Below are positions 30,073 to 40,641 of a stretch of DNA of 64,000 nucleotides, piece after piece. The notes beneath the pieces were generated by a model that saw nothing but the letters and a program-made list of their open reading frames with translations, ran no database searches and had not been told where the DNA came from. Position numbers and translations under genes: made by a program. The stretch is from IMG/VR virus record IMGVR_UViG_3300022868_000009, positions 186,001 through 250,000 of that record. One strand, given 5' to 3'. How positions within the stretch are numbered: the first letter of the stretch is position 1; every line of letters starts with the position of its first letter.

Positions 30073-30519
30073 TTATTCTAATTTGTTTGTTATTCTAATT
30101 CTACCCGCTTTCTTATCATTTGTAACCTGACTTAATCCTTTAGGTTTCATAGTTGGAGATAACTTAGGAGTACCGTCTGGTTTCTTTTCTTGAAATTTTG
30201 TCAATTTATCAAAAGCAGAATCATCATCTTTTCCACCATGTAATATCATAAGATTTTCAGGAGAAAAATATAAGATTTCATCACCTTCTTTAATATTCCA
30301 TGGATTATAAATATTATTAACAACCATTAATTCTTCAATAAAATCCGTGTGAGTATATAAATAATCACATATTAAATCGAGTCTCATTTCATGTTCAGGC
30401 AATACAACATAAACATAAAAATTCTGTTCTATATCATAAATAACAGTTGTTCCGAAAATATCATATAAACCATTACTTGTTCTTTTAAAACCATCTAAAT
30501 CATCTAAAGAATATAACAT
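30073..30519 (-). CDS. Baseplate wedge LysM-like protein (gp53-like)
   Basis: RLDLICDYLY...VNNIYNPWNIKEGDEI. Confidence 0.7.
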   Translation of the reverse strand: MLYSLDDLDGFKRTSNGLYDIFGTTVIYDIEQNFYVYVVLPEHEMRLDLICDYLYTHTDFIEELMVVNNIYNPWNIKEGDEILYFSPENLMILHGGKDDDSAFDKLTKFQEKKPDGTPKLSPTMKPKGLSQVTNDKKAGRIRITNKLE

Positions 30520-30548
30520 ATTAAAATTTAATTTTTAAACATCACCAT

Positions 30549-32186
30549 CTATGGTAAATACTTTTTAGTAAATTCATCAGTTTTTTGAGGATTTGTATTA
30601 AAATCCACTTGCCATGTTTCTGAACCCGATTCACCACCTGCAGCAACATTTGAAGGGTTAGTAACATCACCAACAATAGAACCAACCTTATAAATTCTCT
30701 TATATCCATTATTAAAATATGTCATTATTTCCTGTGCACCCATATTTCTACCCAATCTACAATCTATTTTAACACCAATATTAATTGGAGAATCATTAAA
30801 AGATAATTGGTTTGCAAAATCAATATTAACTTTATCAACAACTATATTGTTAATTGATAATATAGGCATATATGGATTACCAACTGTTATATGCCATGGT
30901 GTTGAAGGTAAACCTGTCATAACAGATACAGACCCTCTTAAAGGCCATTTATATTTATTTAATGTACTTGCTAATAAACTACCAAGAAGACCATTTGCAT
31001 TAATACTATCAACCCTTTTTACTGCATCCAGACCACTTTTCTTCACTTGAATTAACACATCATCAGATGTTAAACCTACTTCATCATTTTTTTCTTCTGT
31101 GATAGTACCAGTTACTGAACCAATCACCTCTTTAACTATTTTAATAATAGCTAATACAAAAGCTCTTACCAATGTTTTAATAAACCCTAACCATGCATCA
31201 ACAGAACCACTATTTGTAGCAGCTAATAATTTTTTTATAACAGAACTATTAGAATTAGATAAAACATATCTAACATCTGATGTACCCATTTTTAATAAAT
31301 TATCAATTATATCATTCATTGCAATACCTGGATCAATATTATTAATATATTTTTGTTCATAAGATGTTTCTAAAGAAATATCTAAATTAGATACTAAACC
31401 AAATGAATTTGCATCACGAGTAGCACCTTCTTGTAAAACGTTAGGATTACCAAAAGGTATTTCTTGAGAATCAAATCCACCAGATGATTTTCCACCTTCT
31501 TCTTTATTTCTTTCTGTCATACCCATAGCCTTTAAAAACCCAAACAATAAACCTTGTGACCAACCAGGTATAGGTATAGATTTACCAGCATCAAAATCAA
31601 ATTCATTTGATAATACTTCACCTAATATTTCATGTACCATTTTTGTTTCTGTTATCCATTTCTCATTAAAAGATAAATTAAATAACTTTTCATCACCATC
31701 TTTAACCCATCCAATAACAGTAGATATAGGTTTTTTGGCATTTTCGGACATTTTCGGCCAATTATTTAAATTAGTAGGAACAATAGTACCTTCTCTATAC
31801 CTTCTCAAAATTACTAATCTATTTATAGGATAAACACCTAAATCTTTTAAATATACAAAATCGGCTGCTTTTAATTTCATAGCATTATTGTCTTTGAAAT
31901 ATTCAATTAATTTTAGATACGGGTTAGCACCTGTATTAGGTTTACTGAAAGAATTAATATTTATCCTATTTGAGATAGCTTTTGTACCAGCCAATTTAGC
32001 ACTAGTGCCTTTAGTTGGTTTATATACATTAACTCTCTCACCACTATCAGATTTTTTATATAAATCACCTGAAACCCAGCCTGATCCCGGGTTATCATAT
32101 ATACTACCTTTATTATCCTTATTATTAAATTGGGATGGATCTAATGAAAATAAAAACTTTAATTCTGTTCCATGACTTCTAAACAT
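30549..32186 (-). CDS. Putative tail tube initiator/baseplate protein
   Basis: First gene of late baseplate operon; WHITVGNPY motif; TTAATATATA upstream. Confidence 0.55.
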   Translation of the reverse strand: MFRSHGTELKFLFSLDPSQFNNKDNKGSIYDNPGSGWVSGDLYKKSDSGERVNVYKPTKGTSAKLAGTKAISNRININSFSKPNTGANPYLKLIEYFKDNNAMKLKAADFVYLKDLGVYPINRLVILRRYREGTIVPTNLNNWPKMSENAKKPISTVIGWVKDGDEKLFNLSFNEKWITETKMVHEILGEVLSNEFDFDAGKSIPIPGWSQGLLFGFLKAMGMTERNKEEGGKSSGGFDSQEIPFGNPNVLQEGATRDANSFGLVSNLDISLETSYEQKYINNIDPGIAMNDIIDNLLKMGTSDVRYVLSNSNSSVIKKLLAATNSGSVDAWLGFIKTLVRAFVLAIIKIVKEVIGSVTGTITEEKNDEVGLTSDDVLIQVKKSGLDAVKRVDSINANGLLGSLLASTLNKYKWPLRGSVSVMTGLPSTPWHITVGNPYMPILSINNIVVDKVNIDFANQLSFNDSPINIGVKIDCRLGRNMGAQEIMTYFNNGYKRIYKVGSIVGDVTNPSNVAAGGESGSETWQVDFNTNPQKTDEFTKKYLP

Positions 32187-32246
32187 TATTTGATATAAAT
32201 TTTAATTATATATTAAAATAATTAAACTGAAACAAAAAGAAAAAAA

Positions 32247-32660
32247 TTAATAATCTCTTATAATCTGTGAAGTATCAAAATTATGAAGCTCACCTAAGAT
32301 TTCTTCCTGTGTTTCAGAATCATCTTGAAAATCTTCATATAAATATAAAGATCCAAACTCAACTGGGAACTCAAAAATGTTCTTTATCTTAAATAAATCT
32401 GCAATATTTAATTCGGGATTTTCAAAATTTGGAATGTAATATATATCTTTTTTCTTTCTTAAAGAATGAACAATTTTAGTGTATACCAATAAATTGAAGT
32501 AATCTCTATATTTTTTAATAGTAAAATCAGGGCCTTCTTCATCTTTTAACTGATCTATTTGTTGTTTTATATCTATAATAACTTTGTTCCTAATTCGATT
32601 TACTTTCACGTATTTATCAAATTTCTTTCTGTTCTTGCAAAATACTATATAAAATTTCAT
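32247..32660 (-). CDS. Hypothetical protein
   Basis: ORF with TATATA upstream. Confidence 0.6.
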   Translation of the reverse strand: MKFYIVFCKNRKKFDKYVKVNRIRNKVIIDIKQQIDQLKDEEGPDFTIKKYRDYFNLLVYTKIVHSLRKKKDIYYIPNFENPELNIADLFKIKNIFEFPVEFGSLYLYEDFQDDSETQEEILGELHNFDTSQIIRDY

Positions 32661-32840
32661 TTAAACATCAATCATTTTTAGTTATATATAAGACACCCCA
32701 GGTCCAAAATTAACCAAAGTTCATGACAAAAAATGTCATTAATTAAAATTAAAAATTTCACCAACTTTTTCACAACTTCAAAATACAAACTTGACAATCT
32801 GTGAAATATAATCTTTCACACAAAAATTAATTCATTATGA

Positions 32841-34085
32841 ATGGCTAAAAGTACAGGAAAATTTGACTTTTCCAAATTAACAAGCGTAGTTGAAGATATT
32901 TCAAAAAAGACCGCTATTATGATTGAAAAAGATAATAAACAAACATCTTTTATTGATACTGGTATTTATACTTTCAATGCACTACTTTCTAAAAATATTC
33001 GAACTGGCGGTATTTCAAAGAATAGAATTACCGTATTAGCTGGACCCCCACAATGTGGTAAATCTTATTTATGTTATAATATTGCTAGAAATGCTCAAAA
33101 AGAAGGATATAATATTATTTATATTGATACTGAATTTTCAATTGAAAAACATGAAATGGAAAAATTCGGTATAAATATTAGCGAAGATAGATTAATGTTA
33201 ATAAGATCAAATAAAGTAGAAGATCTTAAAATAATGTTAACGCAACTTCTAGATAATCTTAAAACACAAAAACAAGATGGTGTTGATATAGGAAAAACAA
33301 TCATATTCCTAGATTCAATTGGTCAATTAGCATCCAATAAAGAAGTAGAAGATGCTTTAGGCGGTAAAATTAAAGTTGATATGTCTAGAGCAAAAGCTAT
33401 CAAATCTCTCCTTAGAATTATTAATAGTGATCTTGGATATTTAGATATTCCATTAGTAGCTACTAACCATGTTTATATGACACAAGATTTATATCCAGTT
33501 GCTGTAATGGGCGGTGGTGAAGGAATCACATATACTGCATCTACTGTAGTTTATATGAGTATAGCTAAACTTAAAACAGGTGAAGAAAATAAAGATTATA
33601 AAATGTATGTGTCTGATATTGGGCAATCTGGTGTTATAGTAACTGCAAAATCTAGAAAGAATAGATTAGCAAAACCAATGAAAATTAAATTCGAAATTAA
33701 TCATAACGAAGGAACAAATCCTTATAGAGGACTTGAAGTATTTTGTACTCCAGAAAACTTTGATAAAGTTGGTATTGCAAAAGTTAAAAAAGTAGAATCA
33801 GGTCGAGGTAAAGCTAAGACAATAGAATATCAAGCTGGTGGTACTAAATATTACGTTAAACATTTAGATCAAAGTTTTTATGAAAAATCATTATTTAATG
33901 GTAAAATTTTCACTGATGAAGTAATTACTGCTCTTGAACCAATCGTTCAAACATACTTTGAATATTCATCATATGATGAACAACAGAAAATCATGGATAA
34001 TTTGGACTCTGAACACGCAAAATTTGAATCAGATACTGATTTTGATATTGATGGTGATAATGATGGGCAACTTTTTGATAAATAA
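32841..34085 (+). CDS. uvsX: RecA-like recombinase UvsX
   Basis: GPPQCGKS, YIDTE, FLDSIG, TNHVY, MGGG. Confidence 0.92.
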   Translation: MAKSTGKFDFSKLTSVVEDISKKTAIMIEKDNKQTSFIDTGIYTFNALLSKNIRTGGISKNRITVLAGPPQCGKSYLCYNIARNAQKEGYNIIYIDTEFSIEKHEMEKFGINISEDRLMLIRSNKVEDLKIMLTQLLDNLKTQKQDGVDIGKTIIFLDSIGQLASNKEVEDALGGKIKVDMSRAKAIKSLLRIINSDLGYLDIPLVATNHVYMTQDLYPVAVMGGGEGITYTASTVVYMSIAKLKTGEENKDYKMYVSDIGQSGVIVTAKSRKNRLAKPMKIKFEINHNEGTNPYRGLEVFCTPENFDKVGIAKVKKVESGRGKAKTIEYQAGGTKYYVKHLDQSFYEKSLFNGKIFTDEVITALEPIVQTYFEYSSYDEQQKIMDNLDSEHAKFESDTDFDIDGDNDGQLFDK

Positions 34086-34117
34086 AAAATAGATAAATTA
34101 CAAAATAAATTTTTTAA

Positions 34118-35455
34118 ATGAGTAAAGAAACCCTAAACACAGGAATGGAAAAAGTATTCTTCCATTATATATTAGAAAACCCTAACCAGTTTTCTAATGT
34201 AGAACCGTATTTTTTCAGAAATGAAAATATACAATTTATCTACACTATTCTCAGAGATAACTATCTAAATAGTAAAAAGAAAATTGTACCAACACCACAA
34301 CAAATCTTTGCAATGACAAAATTGCACGATCCCAATGGTAAGATATCCGACAATTTAATTAAAATGTTACTTAAAGGAGATAATAGTCAATATGAAAATG
34401 ATTGGTTAGACCCTAGATTTAAAGCCTGGAAAATTTCTAATCTTGTTAAAAATAATGTTATGAAATCAATTGACTTTGTCAGAGGAATTGATGATGTAAA
34501 CTATGATAATGTTGTCGAAGTTGCATCAAAAATTAATCAAATGTTTAACGAAGTTCAACTTATTGATACAGACGAAGATGATCTCGGAGATGATTTCGAT
34601 GATCCAGAATCACATAAACAAGATTTTAATAAACATAAAATATCTACAGGTTGGAATTGTTTAGACAATATGATGAATGGTGGATGGGATTATGCATCAC
34701 TTATTGTTCTATTAGGTGAAACCAATGTTGGTAAATCTATGTGGCTAAATAATATAGCAGTTAATATAGCAAACCAAGGTAAAAATGTTGTTTTTGTAAC
34801 TTTAGAAATGGCTTCACATAAATGTATGAAGAGAATGGGATCAATGAGATTAAAAATTCCAGTTGATAGTTATGATGAAAAATCAAAAGATTCAATCTTC
34901 ATGAAAAATAAAATAAATCAACTTAAATCGAGTAACGGTGGTGTTTTTAATTCAACATCAGGCAAAATATATGTTAAAAAATTCCCAACAGGTGCTTGTA
35001 CAGTTACAGATTTAGACAATTATATAACAAAATTAGAACAAGTAAAAAAAATTAAAATTGATGCAGTTTTAGTTGATTATATTAATATTATGGGAATTGA
35101 AAAAGGTCTCGACTTCGCTAATATGCTTTTCCTTAAAGGTAAACATTTAGCTGAAGGTTTAAGATATCTTGCTGACAAACATAACGTAGCATTAATTACA
35201 GCAACACAAACTAATAAATCAGTATGGGGCGCTTCGGATATTTCTCTTAGAGATATTCCAGAATCAAAAGCAGTAGCAGAAACTGCTGATGCAGTGTGGG
35301 CAATCATTAGAAACAGTGAAATGAAAAGACAAAATAAATATAGACTCAAAGTTTTAAAACTTAGAGATGGTGAATATAAAGATGAACAAATAAGATATGA
35401 TTTTAACACTACTTTTCTTTCTATGGAAAATGATGAATTTGTCGGTACTACCTAA
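34118..35455 (+). CDS. Replicative DnaB-like helicase (T4 gp41-like)
   Basis: GETNVGKS, VTLEM, LVDYI, TATQTN. Confidence 0.92.
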   Translation: MSKETLNTGMEKVFFHYILENPNQFSNVEPYFFRNENIQFIYTILRDNYLNSKKKIVPTPQQIFAMTKLHDPNGKISDNLIKMLLKGDNSQYENDWLDPRFKAWKISNLVKNNVMKSIDFVRGIDDVNYDNVVEVASKINQMFNEVQLIDTDEDDLGDDFDDPESHKQDFNKHKISTGWNCLDNMMNGGWDYASLIVLLGETNVGKSMWLNNIAVNIANQGKNVVFVTLEMASHKCMKRMGSMRLKIPVDSYDEKSKDSIFMKNKINQLKSSNGGVFNSTSGKIYVKKFPTGACTVTDLDNYITKLEQVKKIKIDAVLVDYINIMGIEKGLDFANMLFLKGKHLAEGLRYLADKHNVALITATQTNKSVWGASDISLRDIPESKAVAETADAVWAIIRNSEMKRQNKYRLKVLKLRDGEYKDEQIRYDFNTTFLSMENDEFVGTT

Positions 35456-35482
35456 AAATTTAGGTTAAAATATCACAAATAT

Positions 35483-36169
35483 ATGGCTAAAAAGAAATCT
35501 GAAATTAATAATTTAGATGATATTTTTGATGGATTTGAGAAAGAAATAATAAATACAGAATCAGATGCAGAATCAGAATCAGAACTAGATACAGAATCAG
35601 AATCAGAATCAGATATAGAACTAGATGATGAATTTGTAAAAGAGGAAGAAGATGATTTTGAAATTAGATTTAAATCCATTCAAAATAAACATAAATCTGA
35701 AGGTAAACACAGTCTTAATAGAGACACAATATTTAACGGTAAATTAGAAGAAAAAGTTGAAGATGAACAATATTTAACCGATGTGGATTACTATGATGTA
35801 AATCCAGCAAAAATTGAACAAGGTACTCAATTTGAATTTGAATCAAAATTCAATGAAGATTATATTAACCTTAAAGAACTAGAAAAAGATGTCTATGATC
35901 TACTATCAGAAAATACAAAACTAGATTTTACTGCTAATAGAAGAAAACCAAATAGACAAACCTTTAATTCGTACTACCAAATGTTACTTAACGAACTTAA
36001 ATATAAATATACTAAAAGTGAAATTTTTGTAACATTATCGTTTTACTTTACCGATAATATATTTAACATGTTTAAACTTTTAGATAAAAAACATGCAACA
36101 ATAATTATCATTGAATTAAAAAACAAAGGATACCTCGAAGATATTATAGGGGACTTTGATTTTCAATAA
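35483..36169 (+). CDS. Acidic hypothetical protein with 36-bp tandem duplication (ESES repeats)
   Basis: ACAGAATCAG...GAACTAGAT twice at ~35554-35626. Confidence 0.65.
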   Translation: MAKKKSEINNLDDIFDGFEKEIINTESDAESESELDTESESESDIELDDEFVKEEEDDFEIRFKSIQNKHKSEGKHSLNRDTIFNGKLEEKVEDEQYLTDVDYYDVNPAKIEQGTQFEFESKFNEDYINLKELEKDVYDLLSENTKLDFTANRRKPNRQTFNSYYQMLLNELKYKYTKSEIFVTLSFYFTDNIFNMFKLLDKKHATIIIIELKNKGYLEDIIGDFDFQ

Positions 36170-36185
36170 AAAATTAAACTAATAT

Positions 36186-38711
36186 ATGAATTTTTATGAC
36201 AGAAACACAGTCTATGAATCTACATTAAAATATTTTAAAGGTGATCAACTCTCAGCTAATGTATGGATTAATAAATACGCACTCAAAGACTCAAATGGAA
36301 ATATATATGAACTTACACCAGATGATATGCATAAAAGATTATCTAAAGAATTACATAGAATAGAATCCAAATATATAAACCCAATATCAGAAGAAGAAAT
36401 ATATGATCTTATCAAAGATTTTAAATATATAGTTCCACAAGGTGGTTCAATGTCAGGGATAGGAAATAATTTACAAACTGTTTCACTTAGCAATTGTTTC
36501 GTTGTTGGAAATGAAGCAGATTCATATGGTGGAATATTTATGGCGGATCAAGAACAAGCACAACTTATGAAAAGAAGAGGAGGAGTTGGTCACGATATGT
36601 CTCACATTAGACCAAAAGGTTTTCCTGTTAAAAATTCAGCATTATCATCAACAGGTATAGTTCCATTTATGGAAAGATATTCAAATACAACAAGAGAAGT
36701 TGCACAAGATGGTAGAAGAGGTGCTCTTATGTTATCATGTTCAATAAAACATCCAGATATTGAAGAATTTATAGATGCTAAAATGGAACAAGGTAAAGTT
36801 ACAGGTGCAAACGTATCTGTTAAAATTACCGACGACTTTATGAAAGCCGCTTTAGAAGATAGTGTATTTTTTCAACAATATCCAATTGTTAGTGATAATC
36901 CAGTTATCGCAAAAGAAGTAAATGCTAAAAACATTTGGGATAAAATTGTGCATAATGCTTGGAAAAGTGCTGAACCTGGTATAATGTTTTGGGATACTAT
37001 GATTAATGAATCTATTCCAGATTGCTACTCAGATTTAGGCTATAAAACAGTATCAACAAATCCATGTGGTGAGATCCCTTTATGTCCGTATGATTCTTGT
37101 AGATTACTAGCTATTAATCTTTATTCTTATGTTAAAGATCCTTTCACCAAAAATGCTAAATTTAACTATGAATTATTTGGCGAACATGTAATAATCGCAC
37201 AAAGATTTATGGATGATATTATCGATCTAGAAATAGAAAAAATTGATAGTATACTTAAAAAAATTAAAAGTGATCCAGAAAATCAATTAATCAAACAAGT
37301 AGAAATAGATCTTTGGAAAAAGATACAACATAAAGCTAAAGAAGGTAGAAGAACAGGATTAGGCGTAACAGCCGAAGGTGATATGTTAGCAGCTCTCAAT
37401 ATTAAATATGGTACTAAAAAAGGAACCGAATTTTCAGCAAAAATACACAAATTATTAGCTATCGAAGCATATACATCATCTTGTATCATGGCTGAAGAAA
37501 GAGGCGCTTTTGAGATATATGATTTTGATAGAGAAAAGAACAATCCTCTTATTAAAAGATTATTTGAAGCAAAACCAGAACTTGAAGAACTACACAAAAA
37601 ACATGGTAGAAGAAATATTGCATTATTAACTATTGCACCAACTGGAACAGTATCTCTAATGACACAAACAACATCAGGAATTGAACCGGTATTTCAGTTA
37701 TATTATAAAAGAAATAGAAAAGTAAATCCTAATGACAAAGATTCTAGAGTTGATTTTGTAGATGAAATAGGTGATGCATGGGAATCATATAATGTATTTC
37801 ATCCAAAATTCTTCAAATGGCTTAAAATTAATGATTACAATATTGAAAAAGTTAAGTTGATGTCAAATAATGATATTGCTGTAGTAATTGAAAAAACACC
37901 TTGGGCTGGTGCAACATCAGCCGATGTAGATTGGCTTGAAAAAGTTAAAATGCAAGGAGAAATTCAAAAATGGGTTGATCATTCTATTAGTGTAACAGTT
38001 AATTTACCTAAAGAAGTAACAGAAGAAATGGTTTCTAAAGTATATGAAGAAGCATGGAAATCTGGTTGTAAAGGTATAACAGTTTATAGAGAAGGTTCTA
38101 GGAGTGGTGTATTAGTTTCAACAAATGATGATGAAAAGAAAACACTTGAACAAATTATTAAAGAAAACAATGCTCCTCGAAGACCAAAAAATATGGAATG
38201 TGATATTCTTAGATTCCAAAACAAAGGCGAAAAATGGATCGGTTTTGTAGGTTTATTAGAAGGACAACCTTATGAAATATTTACTGGTATTATTGATTCT
38301 TTCAATATTCCAACATATGTAGAAAAAGGTGTGGTTAGAAAAATGAGAGATGAAAATGGTAAATCTAGATATGATTTTGTATATGAAGATAAAGATGGAT
38401 ATGAAGTTATTATGACTGGTTTAAGTAGAGCCTTCAATAGAGAATATTGGAATACAGGTAAATTCATCTCTGCTATTTTAAGACACGGTATGCCATTACC
38501 AAATGTAATTGCTTTAATGGACTCAATTAGTTTAGATGGTGATTATATAGGAACTTGGAAATCAGGTGTTAAGAGAATGCTTAAAAAATACATTAAAGAT
38601 AATACAACAATATCAGCAGTTTGTCCAGAATGTGGACAAGATACATTAGTATTTAATAGTGGTTGTGTACAATGCACAAACCCAGAATGTGTTTATTCAA
38701 AATGTGAATAA
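36186..38711 (+). CDS. nrdJ: Class II (B12-dependent) ribonucleotide reductase, Bacteroidota-type
   Basis: SLSNCF, TNPCGEIPL, APTGT, C-terminal CPECG...CVQC; no adjacent beta subunit. Confidence 0.9.
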   Translation: MNFYDRNTVYESTLKYFKGDQLSANVWINKYALKDSNGNIYELTPDDMHKRLSKELHRIESKYINPISEEEIYDLIKDFKYIVPQGGSMSGIGNNLQTVSLSNCFVVGNEADSYGGIFMADQEQAQLMKRRGGVGHDMSHIRPKGFPVKNSALSSTGIVPFMERYSNTTREVAQDGRRGALMLSCSIKHPDIEEFIDAKMEQGKVTGANVSVKITDDFMKAALEDSVFFQQYPIVSDNPVIAKEVNAKNIWDKIVHNAWKSAEPGIMFWDTMINESIPDCYSDLGYKTVSTNPCGEIPLCPYDSCRLLAINLYSYVKDPFTKNAKFNYELFGEHVIIAQRFMDDIIDLEIEKIDSILKKIKSDPENQLIKQVEIDLWKKIQHKAKEGRRTGLGVTAEGDMLAALNIKYGTKKGTEFSAKIHKLLAIEAYTSSCIMAEERGAFEIYDFDREKNNPLIKRLFEAKPELEELHKKHGRRNIALLTIAPTGTVSLMTQTTSGIEPVFQLYYKRNRKVNPNDKDSRVDFVDEIGDAWESYNVFHPKFFKWLKINDYNIEKVKLMSNNDIAVVIEKTPWAGATSADVDWLEKVKMQGEIQKWVDHSISVTVNLPKEVTEEMVSKVYEEAWKSGCKGITVYREGSRSGVLVSTNDDEKKTLEQIIKENNAPRRPKNMECDILRFQNKGEKWIGFVGLLEGQPYEIFTGIIDSFNIPTYVEKGVVRKMRDENGKSRYDFVYEDKDGYEVIMTGLSRAFNREYWNTGKFISAILRHGMPLPNVIALMDSISLDGDYIGTWKSGVKRMLKKYIKDNTTISAVCPECGQDTLVFNSGCVQCTNPECVYSKCE

Positions 38712-38712
38712 T

Positions 38713-39015
38713 ATGTGGAAACCTAGAATAAAAAAGACAAAAGATGATCTCTACACAGAAATAAATCAAATTCTAATAAAATCTGGTTTATCTGATGGAG
38801 AAAACTTCTATGGTTTAAATCACACAGAAGTTGTTACTATAGTTTACGAATATTGTAAGATATTAGAATTTAAATTATATTTCAAATCTTTTAAAACTTT
38901 AGGAGTACCTCTAAGACAATTATATACTTGTTGTGAAAAACTTAGTATGTTAGAAAAAAAAGAAATACTGGAATTTCGAAAAACAATACCTACAAAGAAA
39001 AAAGATGACAAATAA
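38713..39015 (+). CDS. Hypothetical protein (start revised to MWKPR)
   Basis: ATG 1 nt after nrdJ stop; terminator-like hairpin AAAAAAGATGAC/GTCATCTTTTTT at ~38998-39028. Confidence 0.6.
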   Translation: MWKPRIKKTKDDLYTEINQILIKSGLSDGENFYGLNHTEVVTIVYEYCKILEFKLYFKSFKTLGVPLRQLYTCCEKLSMLEKKEILEFRKTIPTKKKDDK

Positions 39016-39134
39016 AGTCATCTTTTTTGTAAAAATAAATCACATGAAAGTTAAATATAGATTTTATTAAATTATTAAATAAAAAATCCCAAGCTGAATC
39101 AGATTTTATAAAATTTTCTGATAAATTTGATTTC

Positions 39135-39395
39135 ATGGACTATAAAATGTGTGTTGAAATTACTAAAATTATAGAATCTATACATAATTATGATGATTTC
39201 GATGATGATTTCGATGGTGTGTCATGTTTTACAGATATTACAAATCTTGATATATTTTGGGATATTGGTGAATTATCAAAAATAGTAACATTGACTATTC
39301 TTATTGGTAGTTCAGAAATATTTTTATATACTATAAATAATGATGAAATATTTATGAATGAAACTTGTTTCTATGTAATTCAACAATCTTATTAA
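39135..39395 (+). CDS. Hypothetical protein, possibly frameshifted from ATG 39044
   Basis: Frame is open from ~39048; upstream ATG is out of frame by one base. Confidence 0.45.
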   Translation: MDYKMCVEITKIIESIHNYDDFDDDFDGVSCFTDITNLDIFWDIGELSKIVTLTILIGSSEIFLYTINNDEIFMNETCFYVIQQSY

Positions 39396-40101
39396 ACTCA
39401 TCTAATAGTTCTTCACTATTTTCAGAATTATCAATATATTCTTTTACCAATTCCTCTACATCAAAAGATTCATCATTGATAGTTATTGGTTCAGTTATAT
39501 CTTTAGGGTAAGTAATCTTCTTAAAATCAAACTTAGATAAAACAATATCAAGTTTAAGTTTATGTTCAATAGCATTTTCCGTTAATTCTAATTCAATCCA
39601 ATTATTCTTAACCCATTCTTTGTCAATGCCTTCTAACTCATCAACATTATCAATTTTGACTTTACCAAATCTCGGACTAGTTGTATTTTCATAGAATTTG
39701 TGAGTTCCACTATCTTCATCAATAACTACAAAGCCAATTTTTTTATAATCTCTTTTCAATTGATATAATCCATCAATTTCATAATTTGCATCTATTTTAT
39801 CATAATACTCAATATTTGGATAATATTTGAAAATATAATTTTTCTTCGAATTTTCTACTTTTACAGGTAAAATAGTTGATATATTATCTAATATTATTGC
39901 AACATAATATAATATATCTATATTAATGTTTTGTCCATTAAATATGTTGCCAGTTATATGAAGTGTGTCTTCTTTATTTGCATTTTTATGTAATAAAGGA
40001 ATGAAAATATTATTAAAATAATCTTGCATCATTTTAAAAATATCAGAATCATTATTTTTCCATCCAAACAAGGGATTAGATATAACAAAGTTTTTAGACA
40101 T
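39352..40101 (-). CDS. Degenerate Mre11/SbcD/gp47-like metallophosphoesterase
   Basis: VISNPLFG and HITGNIFN align to ISDxHFG and GDxFD; YQL..D...GF...YEN..SPRF matches the gp47 C-terminal pattern. Confidence 0.6.
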   Translation of the reverse strand: MSKNFVISNPLFGWKNNDSDIFKMMQDYFNNIFIPLLHKNANKEDTLHITGNIFNGQNINIDILYYVAIILDNISTILPVKVENSKKNYIFKYYPNIEYYDKIDANYEIDGLYQLKRDYKKIGFVVIDEDSGTHKFYENTTSPRFGKVKIDNVDELEGIDKEWVKNNWIELELTENAIEHKLKLDIVLSKFDFKKITYPKDITEPITINDESFDVEELVKEYIDNSENSEELLDEFNKIVELHRNKFHS

Positions 40102-40118
40102 GTCTTTTATATTAAAAA

Positions 40119-40586
40119 TTAACCAGAAAGTTTACTTTTACAAATATTACCTAATTGTCCTAATGCTTTATAATTAATATTTTCAAACATTTCCCAAGTG
40201 ACTACTTCTACATCTTCAAATCTTTGTGTTTGTGGTCCTTGTAAATTATGAATTTGTTGTGGTTTAGGGTATGATATAACTTCATTTAAACTATTTTCAC
40301 CAATAAACTGGTTTAATCCGTTTGGATCATTGGCAGGTTTTCTTTTTTTATTTTGTTGAATATAAGGATTGCTGTTTGTTTGTGGAACACCATTAACTTT
40401 AATCTCACAATCTATATTCCATCCATCATTAAGATTTTCATTGATTTGATATTGACTCAAATCTGGAGTCTCATTTAATGATTCCATATCATCATACTGT
40501 GGAGTTTCATTTAAAGGTTTTAATTCCTCTTCACTATTATTGTTTTCTTGTACTTGTTTAAATGCTTTTAAATATTCCTCATTCAT
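40119..40586 (-). CDS. Hypothetical low-complexity late protein
   Basis: TATATA upstream; repeated LNETP. Confidence 0.6.
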   Translation of the reverse strand: MNEEYLKAFKQVQENNNSEEELKPLNETPQYDDMESLNETPDLSQYQINENLNDGWNIDCEIKVNGVPQTNSNPYIQQNKKRKPANDPNGLNQFIGENSLNEVISYPKPQQIHNLQGPQTQRFEDVEVVTWEMFENINYKALGQLGNICKSKLSG

Positions 40587-40619
40587 GACAAAATTTGTTA
40601 TTTTTTCTATATATAAAAA

Positions 40620-40641
40620 AAACCAGTTATAAACTGGTTTA
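40620..40641. terminator. Hairpin terminator
   Basis: AAACCAGTT-ATA-AACTGGTTT. Confidence 0.65.

Noticed and set aside
32791-32812. TTGACA...TATAAT sigma70 promoter upstream of uvsX
   Set aside because: Spacer is only 10 bp
32841-38711. Inteins or introns in uvsX, helicase or nrdJ
   Set aside because: Proteins are of normal length with contiguous motifs and no intein splice signatures
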